From IMG/VR virus record IMGVR_UViG_2061766007_000970: DNA of 64,000 nucleotides; one strand, written 5' to 3'. Below are positions 29,582-39,700 of this stretch, one piece after another (position 1 is the stretch's first letter; each line of letters opens with the position of its first letter). Origin of the DNA: an uncultured virus (IMG/VR IMGVR_UViG_2061766007_000970) (taxonomy: Duplodnaviria > Heunggongvirae > Uroviricota > Caudoviricetes). Under the pieces are notes generated by a model, which did not search any database, had not been told where the DNA came from, and saw only the letters and a list, made by a program, of their open reading frames with translations. The position numbers and the translations under genes are program-made.

Positions 29582-30292
29582 GTCGGCGACGACGAGGATG
29601 ATCTGAAGTACATGATGGCCTCGTGTATGCGTGCCGACCCTGCACGGCATTGCGGCGTATATGTTCCGCGTTCAAACTGGTACGCGATTGCTCCGGAAAA
29701 GAGTCTGTTCAACAAGCCGGTAGGCACGGGAGGTGCGATAGGATTTCTTTGCTGGCAAAACGCGATGGGTCACTATATCAACAATGTCGTGAAGTGGCTG
29801 CAGACGTTTGGTTTTTTACGTGTCGTTGTATTCGTCGACGATATCTATATCGTGACTACCGACAAGGCGAAATTCCTCTCGATGATGCCGCAGATACGCG
29901 CAAGGCTTTCCGCTTTGAAGGTACGGCTGAACGAAAAGAAATTCTACTGCCAGCACTATTCGAAAGGCGTGCACATGCTCGGCAGTCGCATAAAATTCGA
30001 CCGCGAGTATGCCGACAACGGCGCGGTGCGTCGAGCATTTGCGAAGATCGAGGAATGGAGGAACGAACGGAGCATCCATTGGAAAATCGCTCGTCTGCTT
30101 TCGTCGATGAATACCTACATCGGAATTTTCAGAACAAAGAATATGCGGAATGTCGCCGAGCGATTCAGGCATGAAGTGCTGACATCGTTCAGGCGGTATT
30201 TGCAATGGAATGACAAGAAGAACTGCTTTGCGCTGCGTGCCCGCTACGGTTTTCGTGCGGTGCTTCGGCGCAAGTACAAGGTGAGGCTGTGA
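29582..30292 (+). CDS. DGR reverse transcriptase, C-terminal half
   Basis: KSLF...GGAIGFLCWQ, FVDD, LNEKK..QH.SKGV.MLG, S.NTY.G; plausibly continues the fragment ending at 6167. Confidence 0.9.
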   Translation, partial: VGDDEDDLKYMMASCMRADPARHCGVYVPRSNWYAIAPEKSLFNKPVGTGGAIGFLCWQNAMGHYINNVVKWLQTFGFLRVVVFVDDIYIVTTDKAKFLSMMPQIRARLSALKVRLNEKKFYCQHYSKGVHMLGSRIKFDREYADNGAVRRAFAKIEEWRNERSIHWKIARLLSSMNTYIGIFRTKNMRNVAERFRHEVLTSFRRYLQWNDKKNCFALRARYGFRAVLRRKYKVRL

Positions 30293-32647
30293 TGGCTAGT
30301 TATGACTTGAAGGCGATTTTGGGCGAAAAGTTAAGGTATCTTACTGACAAGATTCTCAAGGCGCTTGTTGACTGCATGTGCACGGTAGGAGCGTCGTTGT
30401 GCAGCCTGGACAAGCGCGTGTCCGCCCTTGAGAGCGTTGAAATCCCGGAAGGTGGCTACAAGCCCATGCAGGAGCCCGTGGCGTCGCCGATCGCGAGCGG
30501 TACGGCCATCCAGTTTATTGACTCGATTTTGCAGGACGCTACTGGTCGCACGACCTCGACTAAGAAGACTGTCAGGAGCGCTAGTGGGAGCCAGTCAGGA
30601 GTGATGAGCTCGGCGCACTACACCAAGTTGAATGCACTCTATTCAAAAGAAGAGCTTGACAATCTGTTTGATGGCAAGGTGGACAAGGTGCCTGCTGCCA
30701 CGGCAGGAAATATAGTCGTGTTCAACAGCACCGGAAATATCGCTAGCGCAGGCAAGAAGGNNNNNNNNNNAGCGTCTTACTGAAAAGACGCTCAAGGCGC
30801 TTGTTGACTGCATGTGTACGGTAGGAGCGTCGTTGTGCAGTTTGGACAAGCGAGTATCCGCCCTTGAAAGCGTGGAGCTCCCGGAAGGCGGCTACAAGCC
30901 AATGCAGGAGCCCGTGGCATCGCCGAGCGCAAGCGGCACGGCCATTCAGTTTATTGAATCCGTATCGCAGGACGCTACCGGTCGCATGACTGCGACAAAG
31001 AAAACTGTTCGCACGGGAAGTGGTTCACAGACTGGAGTGCTGAAGTTGTCGGATTCTACCAGTTCCATTTTGGGAGTGAATGGGGGAATTGCTGCGACTC
31101 CGGCTGCAGTGAAGGCTGCTTACGATTTTGCAAGCGGCAAGGTGAGCCATACGTCCGTGACTTCGCTTGCGGACTGGGACACGCTCACCGACACGGGCAT
31201 CTACGAGATTACGTCGCAGGCGAGCGGTGTGGCCCATTCCCCCGAATCTGGTATCATGACGCTTCTCGTCATGAAGGCGGGTTCGTTCATCACGCAGACC
31301 GCCGTAGGAAAGGAAGTCTACAAGCGATGCTACACTTCCGGATCATGGACGGATTGGCAGAGGTGCAACGAGTTCGTAACGACATACAATTCCAGCACTC
31401 CGAGTTTTGCCGCGACCAAGACTGCATACGCAAGCGGAGCGGACATCGTCTGTATCGAGAACGAGAGCGGGCAGGGCGGTACGTTCGACCACGTCGCGAG
31501 ATTGCAGGAAGTTGTCTACGAGAGCGGGAATATCAGCAAGTTCGTGTTCGCGATAAGCCGCTGCCTGAACGCTTCCAACATTGGGGAAATCGTCAAGTAC
31601 GAGTATGCGTCTAGCGGGTGGACAAAGAGCGTTTCGAAGGTGGTTGAATCAGAGTATGTCCGCCAGCAGCACGAAAACGAGATCAACTTCAAGAACGTCC
31701 CGGCGACTCCTTCGTCGGGCGGCAGCAACATTAGCCGTGTGTGGTTCAATTATCGCAACGGGGATACTGACGCTTCCGACTCCGGAAAATTGATTACTGA
31801 ATATAGGTTTGGCAACCGCAACGGTTCGACAAGCGGAGTAAAGCTAGTGGCAGACGAGTTCTCGGGGCTTGCAGCATCCGCGGCCAACTACAGGTTTGCA
31901 GGGCAGGACTATCCGATAGGAGAAGCTATTGGTGGGAAGCAGAATGCGCTGACTTTCACGGATGTCTACAACTCGACGAGCAACCGCGTCGTTGTTGAAT
32001 CTACGTTGAAGTCAAGAATGGGCTCGTACATGTTGTTGCTCAACAACCAGCCCGACGAGGAAAATCCTGTAATCGGGTGGGGTATGTTTACTGACGTCGG
32101 AGAGGAGATTGCGTCAGGTGTTCTTTCTTCAAGTGGTGATATGCAGGGGCAGCAGTTCCTCGACCAGATTGTCTACAAGGCGATGGGTCATGATGATTTT
32201 AATACGCTGCCAAGCAGATCTCCTGTTCTCGACATCATCAACGTCGGAAAGTTTTCGAACATGGCGACCGACTACTTCACCATGCATCCAGCTAGAGGAT
32301 GGATGTCGCAAAATGTAAGGCGCGAATGGCCGCAAAGGGTTAGAATCCGACTGACTCTAAACAACATTCGTAATGGGTCGTCGGGAAACGTACAGATTCA
32401 GGCCGGAGGACGAGTAAACAGCGAGGCTTATTTCAATCATGGAAATATATGGGTTGATGGCGTATTGACCGAGACGCCAAAATCGGGAGACCCGAGAGAG
32501 TGGGATGACGGAAGACTCAACATCGCATCGCTCGGAAGTGTACCTGCGAACGGTAGCCGTACGTGGGAAATCATGTACTGGAAGACATCTAACCCTGGAG
32601 CGGTAATCAATTATAACGAATACGTAGTCGTCACGACAATCAAATAG
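30289..32647 (+). CDS. Tail-fibre protein, two haplotypes sharing the N-terminus (30289-30760 partial; 30771-32647)
   Basis: GVLKL...AATPAAVKAAYD, TG.Y...P...W.DW fibre motifs; start overlaps the RT stop. Confidence 0.75.
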
Positions 32648-32658
32648 GAGAACGCATT

Positions 32659-33657
32659 ATGGCAGACAACAACGAACAAGAGACTTTCGAGGAAAGCATC
32701 ACCAGCCTCGACCTCATGAGGCAGGAGCAGGAGAGCGCACACCCGACCGACACGCCCGCACTCACGGACATGGTGTACGCGCAGCACGGCACGGGCAGCG
32801 ACCGCAACAGGGTCTGGACGCTGTCGGAGATTTTCGCGCTGTTCGCTACCGGGTCGATTTCAGAACTTATCATTCCTGCGCAGGGTGGAAGGGCGGTGCT
32901 AAACGGCAACAAGCTCAAGTTTGAGGTGGTCGACGGTGGAGGAGAACCTACCGGATACAAGGCCGAGTTTGCCTACAACGGAGGAATCAAGTTCACGGAA
33001 AATAACGTGCTGAAGTTTGGTATAGCGAGAACTTCTAATAACGGACCTTTCGACGCCACGTTCTATGACGGGACTATTGATGTTGGAGGTGGTGATGGAG
33101 ACTCTCGCGTTCTCGTAAACAAGTGGGTGCGTGCGTACACACACAACCCTGCCGAAGGACAGCCGAAAGCTACGATTGACGCCAAAGACTGCATCGCAAT
33201 CGTTCGCAAGAAGGTGTTGTCTGGGCAGGACGACTACGGCATCGAGGAAGTCGTAATCGGACCGGACGGCATCGAGTTCTGGTCGGAAATCAGCCCGGAC
33301 GGAACGACCGTGGGCACGCTTTCCAAGGTGCGCACGATTCCGTTCTACGGTGCTGCCGACACGGACTTGGACAACGTGGTCATCCTGGGCGCCAACGGCG
33401 AGAGTGGCGGCAACTGGCAGAAGGCTAGCGAGTGGACACACAAGGGGCAGACGAAGTACGTGTTCAACAACAGCAGCGAGAGCAAGAGCGTGACCTACTA
33501 TACGGTATGGTACAACAGCAGTCATCAGTGGCAAATTGTCGATGGAAACGGAGTGACGATGACTATCGAGCCGTACGGCATGCGCAAGTTCGTGTACAGC
33601 GGCGTCAACAAGACTGTCGAGTCCGTGTCGTTCGCCGCGCTGATTGCGGAGAGGTAG
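32659..33657 (+). CDS. Hypothetical tail-associated protein
   Basis: 332-aa beta-rich ORF, AGGAG RBS. Confidence 0.65.
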   Translation: MADNNEQETFEESITSLDLMRQEQESAHPTDTPALTDMVYAQHGTGSDRNRVWTLSEIFALFATGSISELIIPAQGGRAVLNGNKLKFEVVDGGGEPTGYKAEFAYNGGIKFTENNVLKFGIARTSNNGPFDATFYDGTIDVGGGDGDSRVLVNKWVRAYTHNPAEGQPKATIDAKDCIAIVRKKVLSGQDDYGIEEVVIGPDGIEFWSEISPDGTTVGTLSKVRTIPFYGAADTDLDNVVILGANGESGGNWQKASEWTHKGQTKYVFNNSSESKSVTYYTVWYNSSHQWQIVDGNGVTMTIEPYGMRKFVYSGVNKTVESVSFAALIAER

Positions 33658-33660
33658 CGT

Positions 33661-33927
33661 ATGGACACGCTTTCAATTTTCGGTGACATCGGGAACGTGC
33701 TGGGGTACCCCGCAATGCTCCTTATCTTCTGGTTGTACACCCGCGTGAAAGACCTCGAGAAGAGGCTGAACGAGGGCAACGACCGCTTCGACAAGCTGGA
33801 ATCGGGAATGGACAAGCTGGAATCGGGAATGGGAGAAATCAAGCACCAGCTCGGAGTGATACAGGGACAGCTTTCCATGATCACACGCAGCAGCCCGAGC
33901 CACACTCCCGAAGAGAGGCCGCTATGA
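33661..33927 (+). CDS. Holin-like protein
   Basis: IGNVLGYPAMLLIFWLY shared with 13810-14025. Confidence 0.55.
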   Translation: MDTLSIFGDIGNVLGYPAMLLIFWLYTRVKDLEKRLNEGNDRFDKLESGMDKLESGMGEIKHQLGVIQGQLSMITRSSPSHTPEERPL

Positions 33928-34385
33928 AGGTAAAGGTCGTAATAGCATACCCGCAGATGCTGAAGGTCACGCCCATCGGCAACCGCCTCTACAAGGTGGC
34001 CGAGGATGTCGGTGTTGACATCCACACCGACGAGGGGTGCTTCCGGTTCAAGTTCTACAAGGGGTTCGTCACCAACTTCCGTTCGGGTGGCGTGGCGGTG
34101 GACTGCTTCGTCGACCAGGTGGGCGACGAGAAGAAGGCGCTCTGCTACCTCGTCCATGACGCGATGTACACGCCGTGCGATGCGCTGAAACTTGAGCATC
34201 CGGTAAGCAGGAAGAAGGCCGACGAGATTCTTCGCGCTGGACTCCGCTACAGCGGGATGGGAGCCTTCAAGGCCGGACTTGTCTACAACAGCGTGCGCCT
34301 TTTCGGTGGATCCGCATACGAGGAGGACGACGCCCTCACAAGCACAAATTCCAAGCTGTTCAGGTTTGAGTGGACGGACAGGTGA
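33924..34385 (+). CDS. DUF1353-like phage protein
   Basis: GFVTNFRS, VHDAMY, RKKADEILR, VRLFG. Confidence 0.75.
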   Translation: MKVKVVIAYPQMLKVTPIGNRLYKVAEDVGVDIHTDEGCFRFKFYKGFVTNFRSGGVAVDCFVDQVGDEKKALCYLVHDAMYTPCDALKLEHPVSRKKADEILRAGLRYSGMGAFKAGLVYNSVRLFGGSAYEEDDALTSTNSKLFRFEWTDR

Positions 34386-34449
34386 AAGGCGCGTGTTTGC
34401 GAGGAATTTTCTCGCAGAACTACGCAAAAACACAAAAAAAGGAGCGAAA

Positions 34450-34860
34450 ATGACTATCAGCGAATACGCGCAGAAATTTATCGGAAGGCCCTACGTATGG
34501 GGCGGCGATGGCTCCGGCAAGTGCGGCGGCGGTTTCGACTGCTCGGGCCTCGTCCTCGAGTGCTTGTGGGCTTTTGGCGTCTTGCCGAAGGGCGACATGA
34601 CTGCGCAGGGCATCTACAAGGCGCTCAAGAAGAAGAGCTGGAAGAAGGTAGCCAAGGGCGGCGAGAAGGACGCGGACGTGCTTTTCTTCGGCAAGGACGT
34701 CGAGCATATAACGCACGTCGCCATGTGCATTGGTGACGGCCTAATGGTGGAAGCCGGAGGAGGTACGAGCAAGTGCACGAGCGCGGCGACGAGCACGGGC
34801 ATGGTGTGGATCCGTCCCATCGCGTGGCGAAACAACCTTGTGGCGGCATTGCGGGAATGA
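34450..34860 (+). CDS. NlpC/P60 peptidase (putative endolysin)
   Basis: GRPYVWGG, GFDCSGLV, THVAM. Confidence 0.9.
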   Translation: MTISEYAQKFIGRPYVWGGDGSGKCGGGFDCSGLVLECLWAFGVLPKGDMTAQGIYKALKKKSWKKVAKGGEKDADVLFFGKDVEHITHVAMCIGDGLMVEAGGGTSKCTSAATSTGMVWIRPIAWRNNLVAALRE

Positions 34861-34940
34861 TGCTTACGTTTGCTTTCTTTGTGGCAATTATCGTCGCTGG
34901 ATGCGTTCTATTCGACGATGACGACTGGAAGGGATTGTAG
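34857..34940 (+). CDS. 27-aa membrane peptide
   Basis: MMLTFAFFVAIIVAGCVLFDDDDWKGL*; similar to the LFDENDWKGKK* fragment at 10187-10258. Confidence 0.5.
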   Translation: MMLTFAFFVAIIVAGCVLFDDDDWKGL

Positions 34941-35335
34941 CTTGTCTGCAAACTAAATTTATACCAATTTTCCGAAAACGCCTTTTGGCGTGACTATCTC
35001 TGTAGATTTGAAAACGACCGCTGGGAAANNNNNNNNNNTTTGCGGATGGAAAATTCCAATTGTTCCCAGGACATTTTGTGCGTAATTTACTGCAGCGAGT
35101 TTCTCGTTGCTTTTAAAGCATTTGACTTCGATTTGGCTTGTGATAATTGTTTCGTGGATGGAGTCTTTTTTCGGAGGGTCGAACGTTTTTGTGCTGGTGA
35201 CAAAGAATACAGGAAATCCATTTTGTTTTCCGAATTCCATGAGCATTTTGTCTAGATCTTTTTTGTANNNNNNNNNNNNNNNNNNNNNNNNNNNNNNNNN
35301 NNNNNNNNNNNNNNNNNNNNNNNNAGTTTTGTCAT

Positions 35336-35515
35336 TCATTTTCCTGCCTCCAGGTAGTTGTCGATGAGCCAGCGGATGAAGGCGCTTGTGCTGCCGATGA
35401 TCGACGGCGCGACTCCGGCAAGCGCGGCTTTTCTCTGGGCACTTTCCAGGTCTTCGCAGTCCAGCATGACGTTCACGCGGGAAAGCGGTTTTTCACGTTC
35501 AAGCGGGCGTGGCAT
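35336..35515 (-). CDS. Small RHH-like regulator (59 aa); second haplotype at 36739-36918
   Basis: MPRP...RVNVMLD...STSAFIRWLID. Confidence 0.65.
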   Translation of the reverse strand: MPRPLEREKPLSRVNVMLDCEDLESAQRKAALAGVAPSIIGSTSAFIRWLIDNYLEAGK

Positions 35516-35517
35516 GG

Positions 35518-36045
35518 CTAGTCCTCCTCCCTGCTGCTGAATGCGTTTATGAAAGCGTCACCCCTGCCATCGACGAGCATGGCGAGGTTCGCGGTTTCAC
35601 TTTCTGCGAATTCGGTCTCGTCGTCGTCCAGGACGTAGATGGTGCTGTTGTCGACGGTGACTACCACGTTGTCCGGCGTGTTATTGTCGTCGACCCACGA
35701 CTCGATAATCTTGCGGGCCGCTCGTTCGTCGCGCTCGTCCGGCGATTCGTAGTTGTCCTCGTTGGCGCTGTCGTTGATTACAGCATTGCGCCATTCCTCG
35801 TATTCCGCGTCGCTGTCGAAGTCTTCGCGGGTCTCGTCGCTGTTGGCGTAGGTGTTGTACTTCTCGCCGTCGAATTCGCCCGTCTTCCACGACTCGTCGT
35901 GTGTCGTGAAGTAGTCCTCGGCGTACTCGCCTGTGGAACGGATGCCGATGTTGGCCTTGACCTTCCATGTTCCGTAGCCGTCGCTGAACACCTGGACGGA
36001 GACCTTCATCTCTTCGATAGCTTCTTTGATTGTGTACTTGCGCAT
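35518..36045 (-). CDS. Highly acidic hypothetical protein (175 aa); second haplotype at 37250-37777
   Basis: GCGAGGT RBS; 46 D/E vs 17 K/R by hand count. Confidence 0.8.
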   Translation of the reverse strand: MRKYTIKEAIEEMKVSVQVFSDGYGTWKVKANIGIRSTGEYAEDYFTTHDESWKTGEFDGEKYNTYANSDETREDFDSDAEYEEWRNAVINDSANEDNYESPDERDERAARKIIESWVDDNNTPDNVVVTVDNSTIYVLDDDETEFAESETANLAMLVDGRGDAFINAFSSREED

Positions 36046-36370
36046 AGTGACCTCGCTTTGTTTGGGGTTTAAATGTTTTTTTTTTTGAAAGTTTTGAAAT
36101 TAAACAGCCATATTCCAAAGTTTTTCGCTANNNNNNNNNNTCTGGATAGCTGCTTTCGTTGTCCGTCACAACCGTATAAGGAATGCCGTCAATCAAGATG
36201 CGAAAGACAATCATATTGTCTTGTTTGAATTTTTCATAAAGTCGTTTGATGTAGCCGTATTTTAGTCCGTTCTTTTCGAGTTCTTTTTTGAAATCATCTT
36301 TGGCTACGCACATCGGACCAATCGTGAATCTTTCCATTTTTATTTCTCCTTTAGATATATCTGTTTTACT

Positions 36371-36742
36371 TTATCGAATTTTTTCATAATCATTTGAACG
36401 GACCTGTGTTACTTGCGGATGGAAAATTCCAAGTGTTCCCAGGACTTTTTGTGCGTAATTTGCTGCAGCGAGTTTCTCGTTGCTTTTAAAGCATTTGACT
36501 TCGGTCTGGCTTGTGATGATAGTGCCGTGGATAGGGTCTTTTTGCGGCGGGTCAAAAAAATTTGTGCTGATGACAAAGAATACAGGAAAACCATTTTGTT
36601 TTCCGAATTCCATGAGCATTTTGTCTAGATCTTTTTTGTATCGTTCGGTAAATATTTCTGTTGTAAGCTTGTCAGGCTTTGACGTGTCATAATTAAAAGG
36701 AATGTCAACGTGGATGTTCTCTTTTTGGGTTTGGTCATTCAT
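36371..36742 (-). CDS. Hypothetical protein (second haplotype 34959-35339)
   Basis: Two near-identical copies, each coupled to the RHH gene. Confidence 0.65.
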   Translation of the reverse strand: MNDQTQKENIHVDIPFNYDTSKPDKLTTEIFTERYKKDLDKMLMEFGKQNGFPVFFVISTNFFDPPQKDPIHGTIITSQTEVKCFKSNEKLAAANYAQKVLGTLGIFHPQVTQVRSNDYEKIR

Positions 36743-36910
36743 TTTCCGCTCTCCAGGTAGTTGTCGATAAGCCAGCGAATAAAAGCGCTGGTGCTGCCGA
36801 TGATCGATGGCGCGACTCCGGCCAGGGCGGCTTTTCTCTGGGCGCTTTCCAGGGCTTCGCAGTCCAGCATGACGTTCACGCGGGAAAGCGGTTTTTCACG
36901 TTTTAATGGT

Positions 36911-37234
36911 CTAGGCATTTTTCGGGCTCTCCTTTCCGTCCAAAGTCTTGCTTACCTTATGGTAGATGTTAAAGACTAAATCTAAGCCCATCCTCGATCG
37001 CAGGGGGCTGTGGTGGCAAATGTGGTAGAACAGATCTGAATGATTCCACCCAAGCGATTGCCGTTTAGTCTTGATGGCTTCTACCAAGTGCTTAGCGATG
37101 TCATCCACATCCTGTTTGGTAGGTTCATCGTCAATGCTATATGGCAAGGTGTAGGCTACGTCATAGGTCTTGCTGTTCTGCAATTCAAAAAAGAAAATAT
37201 GGGGATTGTTAAGATGGTGGTTGTAGTGGTTCAT
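36911..37234 (-). CDS. Hypothetical protein present in only one haplotype
   Basis: Inserted between the acidic gene and the RHH gene. Confidence 0.6.
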   Translation of the reverse strand: MNHYNHHLNNPHIFFFELQNSKTYDVAYTLPYSIDDEPTKQDVDDIAKHLVEAIKTKRQSLGWNHSDLFYHICHHSPLRSRMGLDLVFNIYHKVSKTLDGKESPKNA

Positions 37235-38225
37235 ACGGGTGTTCCTTAGTTAGGGCTCCTCCCTGCTGTTGAATGCGTTGATGAACGCGTCACCCCTTCC
37301 ATCGACCAGCATGGCTAAGTTCGCTGTTTCACTTTCGGCGAAATTGCGCTCTTCCTCGTCAAGGATATAGATTGTGCTATTGTCGGCGGTGACTACCACG
37401 TTGCCCGGCGTGTTATTGTAGTCGACCCAGGACTCGATAATCGTCCGGGCGGCGCGTTCATTGCGCTCGTCGGGCGATTCGTAGTTGTCCTCGTTGGCGC
37501 TGTCGTTGATTACAGCATCTCTCCATTCCTCGTACTCCGCGTCACTGTCGAAGTCTTCGCGGGCCTGATCGCTGTTGGCGTAGGTGTTGTACTTCTCGCC
37601 GTCGAATTCGCCCGTCTTCCACTCTTCGTCGTGGGTGGTGAAGTAGTCCTCGGCGTACTCGCCAGTGGAGCGGAGGCCGATGTTTGCCTTGACCTTCCAA
37701 GTGCCGTACCCGTCGCTGAACACTTGGACGGTGTCCTTCATTTCTTCGATTGCTTCGTTTATCGTGTACTTTCGCATAGTGACCTCGCTTTGTTTGGGGT
37801 TTAAATGTTTTTTGAAAGTTTTGAAATTAAACAGCCATATTCCAAAGTTTTTCGCTAGTGCAGACGCGGTGGGCGAATTCTTCATCCTTGATCGTGGCGA
37901 GAACAGCATAGCCCTTAGCGCACATCTTCACTTCATTGCGAGTGAGTATTTTGGCAACAAAACCCTGAAACTTGCCGAAGCAGTCCATTTCTTCGACGTT
38001 CTTGCTGAAGAAAGTGATGATTCCGTCGAAGATGTCGATGTCGATGCGAGAAAGCCCGTTTTGTTATTTACATCTATAATATACACACTTTACGCACAAA
38101 ACACAAGTATAATTTTGTAAAAATTCTATTTACAAAACAAGCGGGCGAAAAATCGCATTTTTTAGGCTGTGACCAAAAAATGACCATGGTCTGTGCGAGC
38201 CTTTAATCACAATAAAATAAAATAA

Positions 38226-38633
38226 CTTCAGGATCTCGCTGGCAGTTTTCGGTGCGTACTTGGTTGCAATGATGGTCGAAAAGTCGACGGCGTCCTTGTC
38301 GCTGACCTGGGACACGAGCTTTTTGCCTCTCGATGCAGTCCAGTCGAGAAAATACGAAAGTCGTAGCTGGTATGCTCGGACGGTTGCGTCGCTCGCGGAG
38401 TTGGCAACCTCGATAGAGTCGACAAACTTGTTCTTGAGCTCGACCAGGTGCGCGTCAGGCTTGTCACTCGCGAAACCTTCCGGAAGAAACTTCTGTGCGT
38501 TCATCAGATCAAGCCAGGCGATGGCGTCGGCCTTTTTCTTGGTGCCGAGCGAAATCACGTGGAACAGACCGTTCTCTGCGATTCGGCCGTACCAGGTCAT
38601 GTTGCCCCTGCGCTTGTGCTTTTGGAAGATGCT
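38226..38633 (-). pseudogene. Truncated integrase (N-terminal part only)
   Basis: Matches 41036-41443, but homology stops after SEILK at an ungapped junction. Confidence 0.7.
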
Positions 38634-38643
38634 NNNNNNNNNN

Positions 38644-39012
38644 GCTCTTGTAGGCAATATCAAGTTCGACGAAGGCCCGAAGGACACGAGTACGACGGCC
38701 ATCAAGCGCATTGTTCCTCGCGACGATTTGCTGATTCCGGCCCGCAAGAAGAACTATCGGGACCTGAAAGGACGCTACTACAACAGGCTTGTACCGTACC
38801 GCGTTTTGAAATCTAAAGATTCCCGTTAGGTGTCTGAGGTTGTTTTTCCGGGCCCCTTGGGGGCATAATGAAAAAAATGGGCTGTAATGAAATTTTTTTT
38901 GATTTNNNNNNNNNNCTTGAAACCGGCACGTAAGAAATACCACGATCTCAAGGGACGATATTACAACAGGCTCGTGCCGTACCGCGTTCTGAAATCTAAA
39001 GATTCTCGTTAA
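38644..39012 (+). CDS. 3' ends of a host gene, two haplotypes (38644-38829, 38916-39012)
   Basis: Basic tail ...DLKGRYYNRLVPYRVLKSKDSR*, reminiscent of Fibrobacter C-terminal domains; precedes a tRNA promoter. Confidence 0.55.
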
Positions 39013-39099
39013 TCGCCAGGCATGCGGGTCTCTTTTCGACCATAATGAAAAAAAATAGGGTTGTAGCGAAATTTTTTTTGATTTTTTCTTAAAAACCCC

Positions 39100-39128
39100 T
39101 TGACAACCCTTTTCAATTATTCTATTAT
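39100..39128 (+). promoter_or_regulatory. Sigma70 promoter of the tRNA gene
   Basis: TTGACA-17 bp-TATTAT followed by a GC-rich discriminator. Confidence 0.75.
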
Positions 39129-39149
39129 TGTGCGCGTCCAAGCGACAAT

Positions 39150-39169
39150 GGATGATTAGCTCAGTTGGT
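39150..39169 (+). tRNA. 5' part of host tRNA-Lys(CTT), truncated by gap
   Basis: GGATGATTAGCTCAGTTGGT; GGATGAT is complementary to ATCATCC at 39472-39478. Confidence 0.8.
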
Positions 39170-39282
39170 NNNNNNNNNNCAAACCTTGTTCTTCTTCCAG
39201 ATATTCCAGAAGGCTTCCTTTGCTTCGTAACAGTTTTCAAAGTTCGTCATGGTGACCTCGCTTGTTTGTTATTTACATCTAT

Positions 39283-39311
39283 AATATACACACTTTACAC
39301 ACGAAAAGCAA
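39283..39311 (-). promoter_or_regulatory. Sigma70-like promoter of the att-proximal operon (similar copy near 38078-38106)
   Basis: TTGCTT-17 bp-TATATT on the minus strand. Confidence 0.6.
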
Positions 39312-39430
39312 GTATAATTTTGTAAAAATTTCGTTTACAAAATAAGCGGGCGAAAAATCGCATTTTTTAGGTCGTGACCAAAAAATGGCCATGCACGTCT
39401 GAGCCTTAGTGCTATGCACTAAAAAGACAT

Positions 39431-39479
39431 CAGCTGACTCTTAATCAGCGGGTCGCAGGTTCGACCCCTGCATCATCCA
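39431..39479 (+). other. att core: 3' 49 nt of tRNA-Lys(CTT)
   Basis: Anticodon arm GCTGA-CTCTTAA-TCAGC, T arm GGTTCGA, acceptor 3' strand; no tRNA 5' half upstream; ~1 kb from the integrase. Confidence 0.85.
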
Positions 39480-39700
39480 CTAGAGTGCCGATTTCGTCAA
39501 GATTTCGGCACTTTTTTTATAATTTCGGCTGTTTTTGCGCCTGGAAAAATGCCGATTTTTGCCGAAATTCATAAAATTCACTATTTGCCGTTTTTGGCGT
39601 AATTTTGCCGTTTTTCGTGGTTGCGTGTGGATGTAGTCACCATTTTGTAACCACCTAAAAACCAAAATAAACGCCGATTACGGCGCTTTGTTTTTAGGAT

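Noticed and set aside
6167..29582. Naturally split or interrupted RT gene
   Set aside because: Both halves end at N gaps and read on directly (IERYY|VGDDED); scaffolding artefact
39150..39479. Split or intron-containing tRNA
   Set aside because: The halves are on different contigs; explained by a host tRNA plus a phage att core
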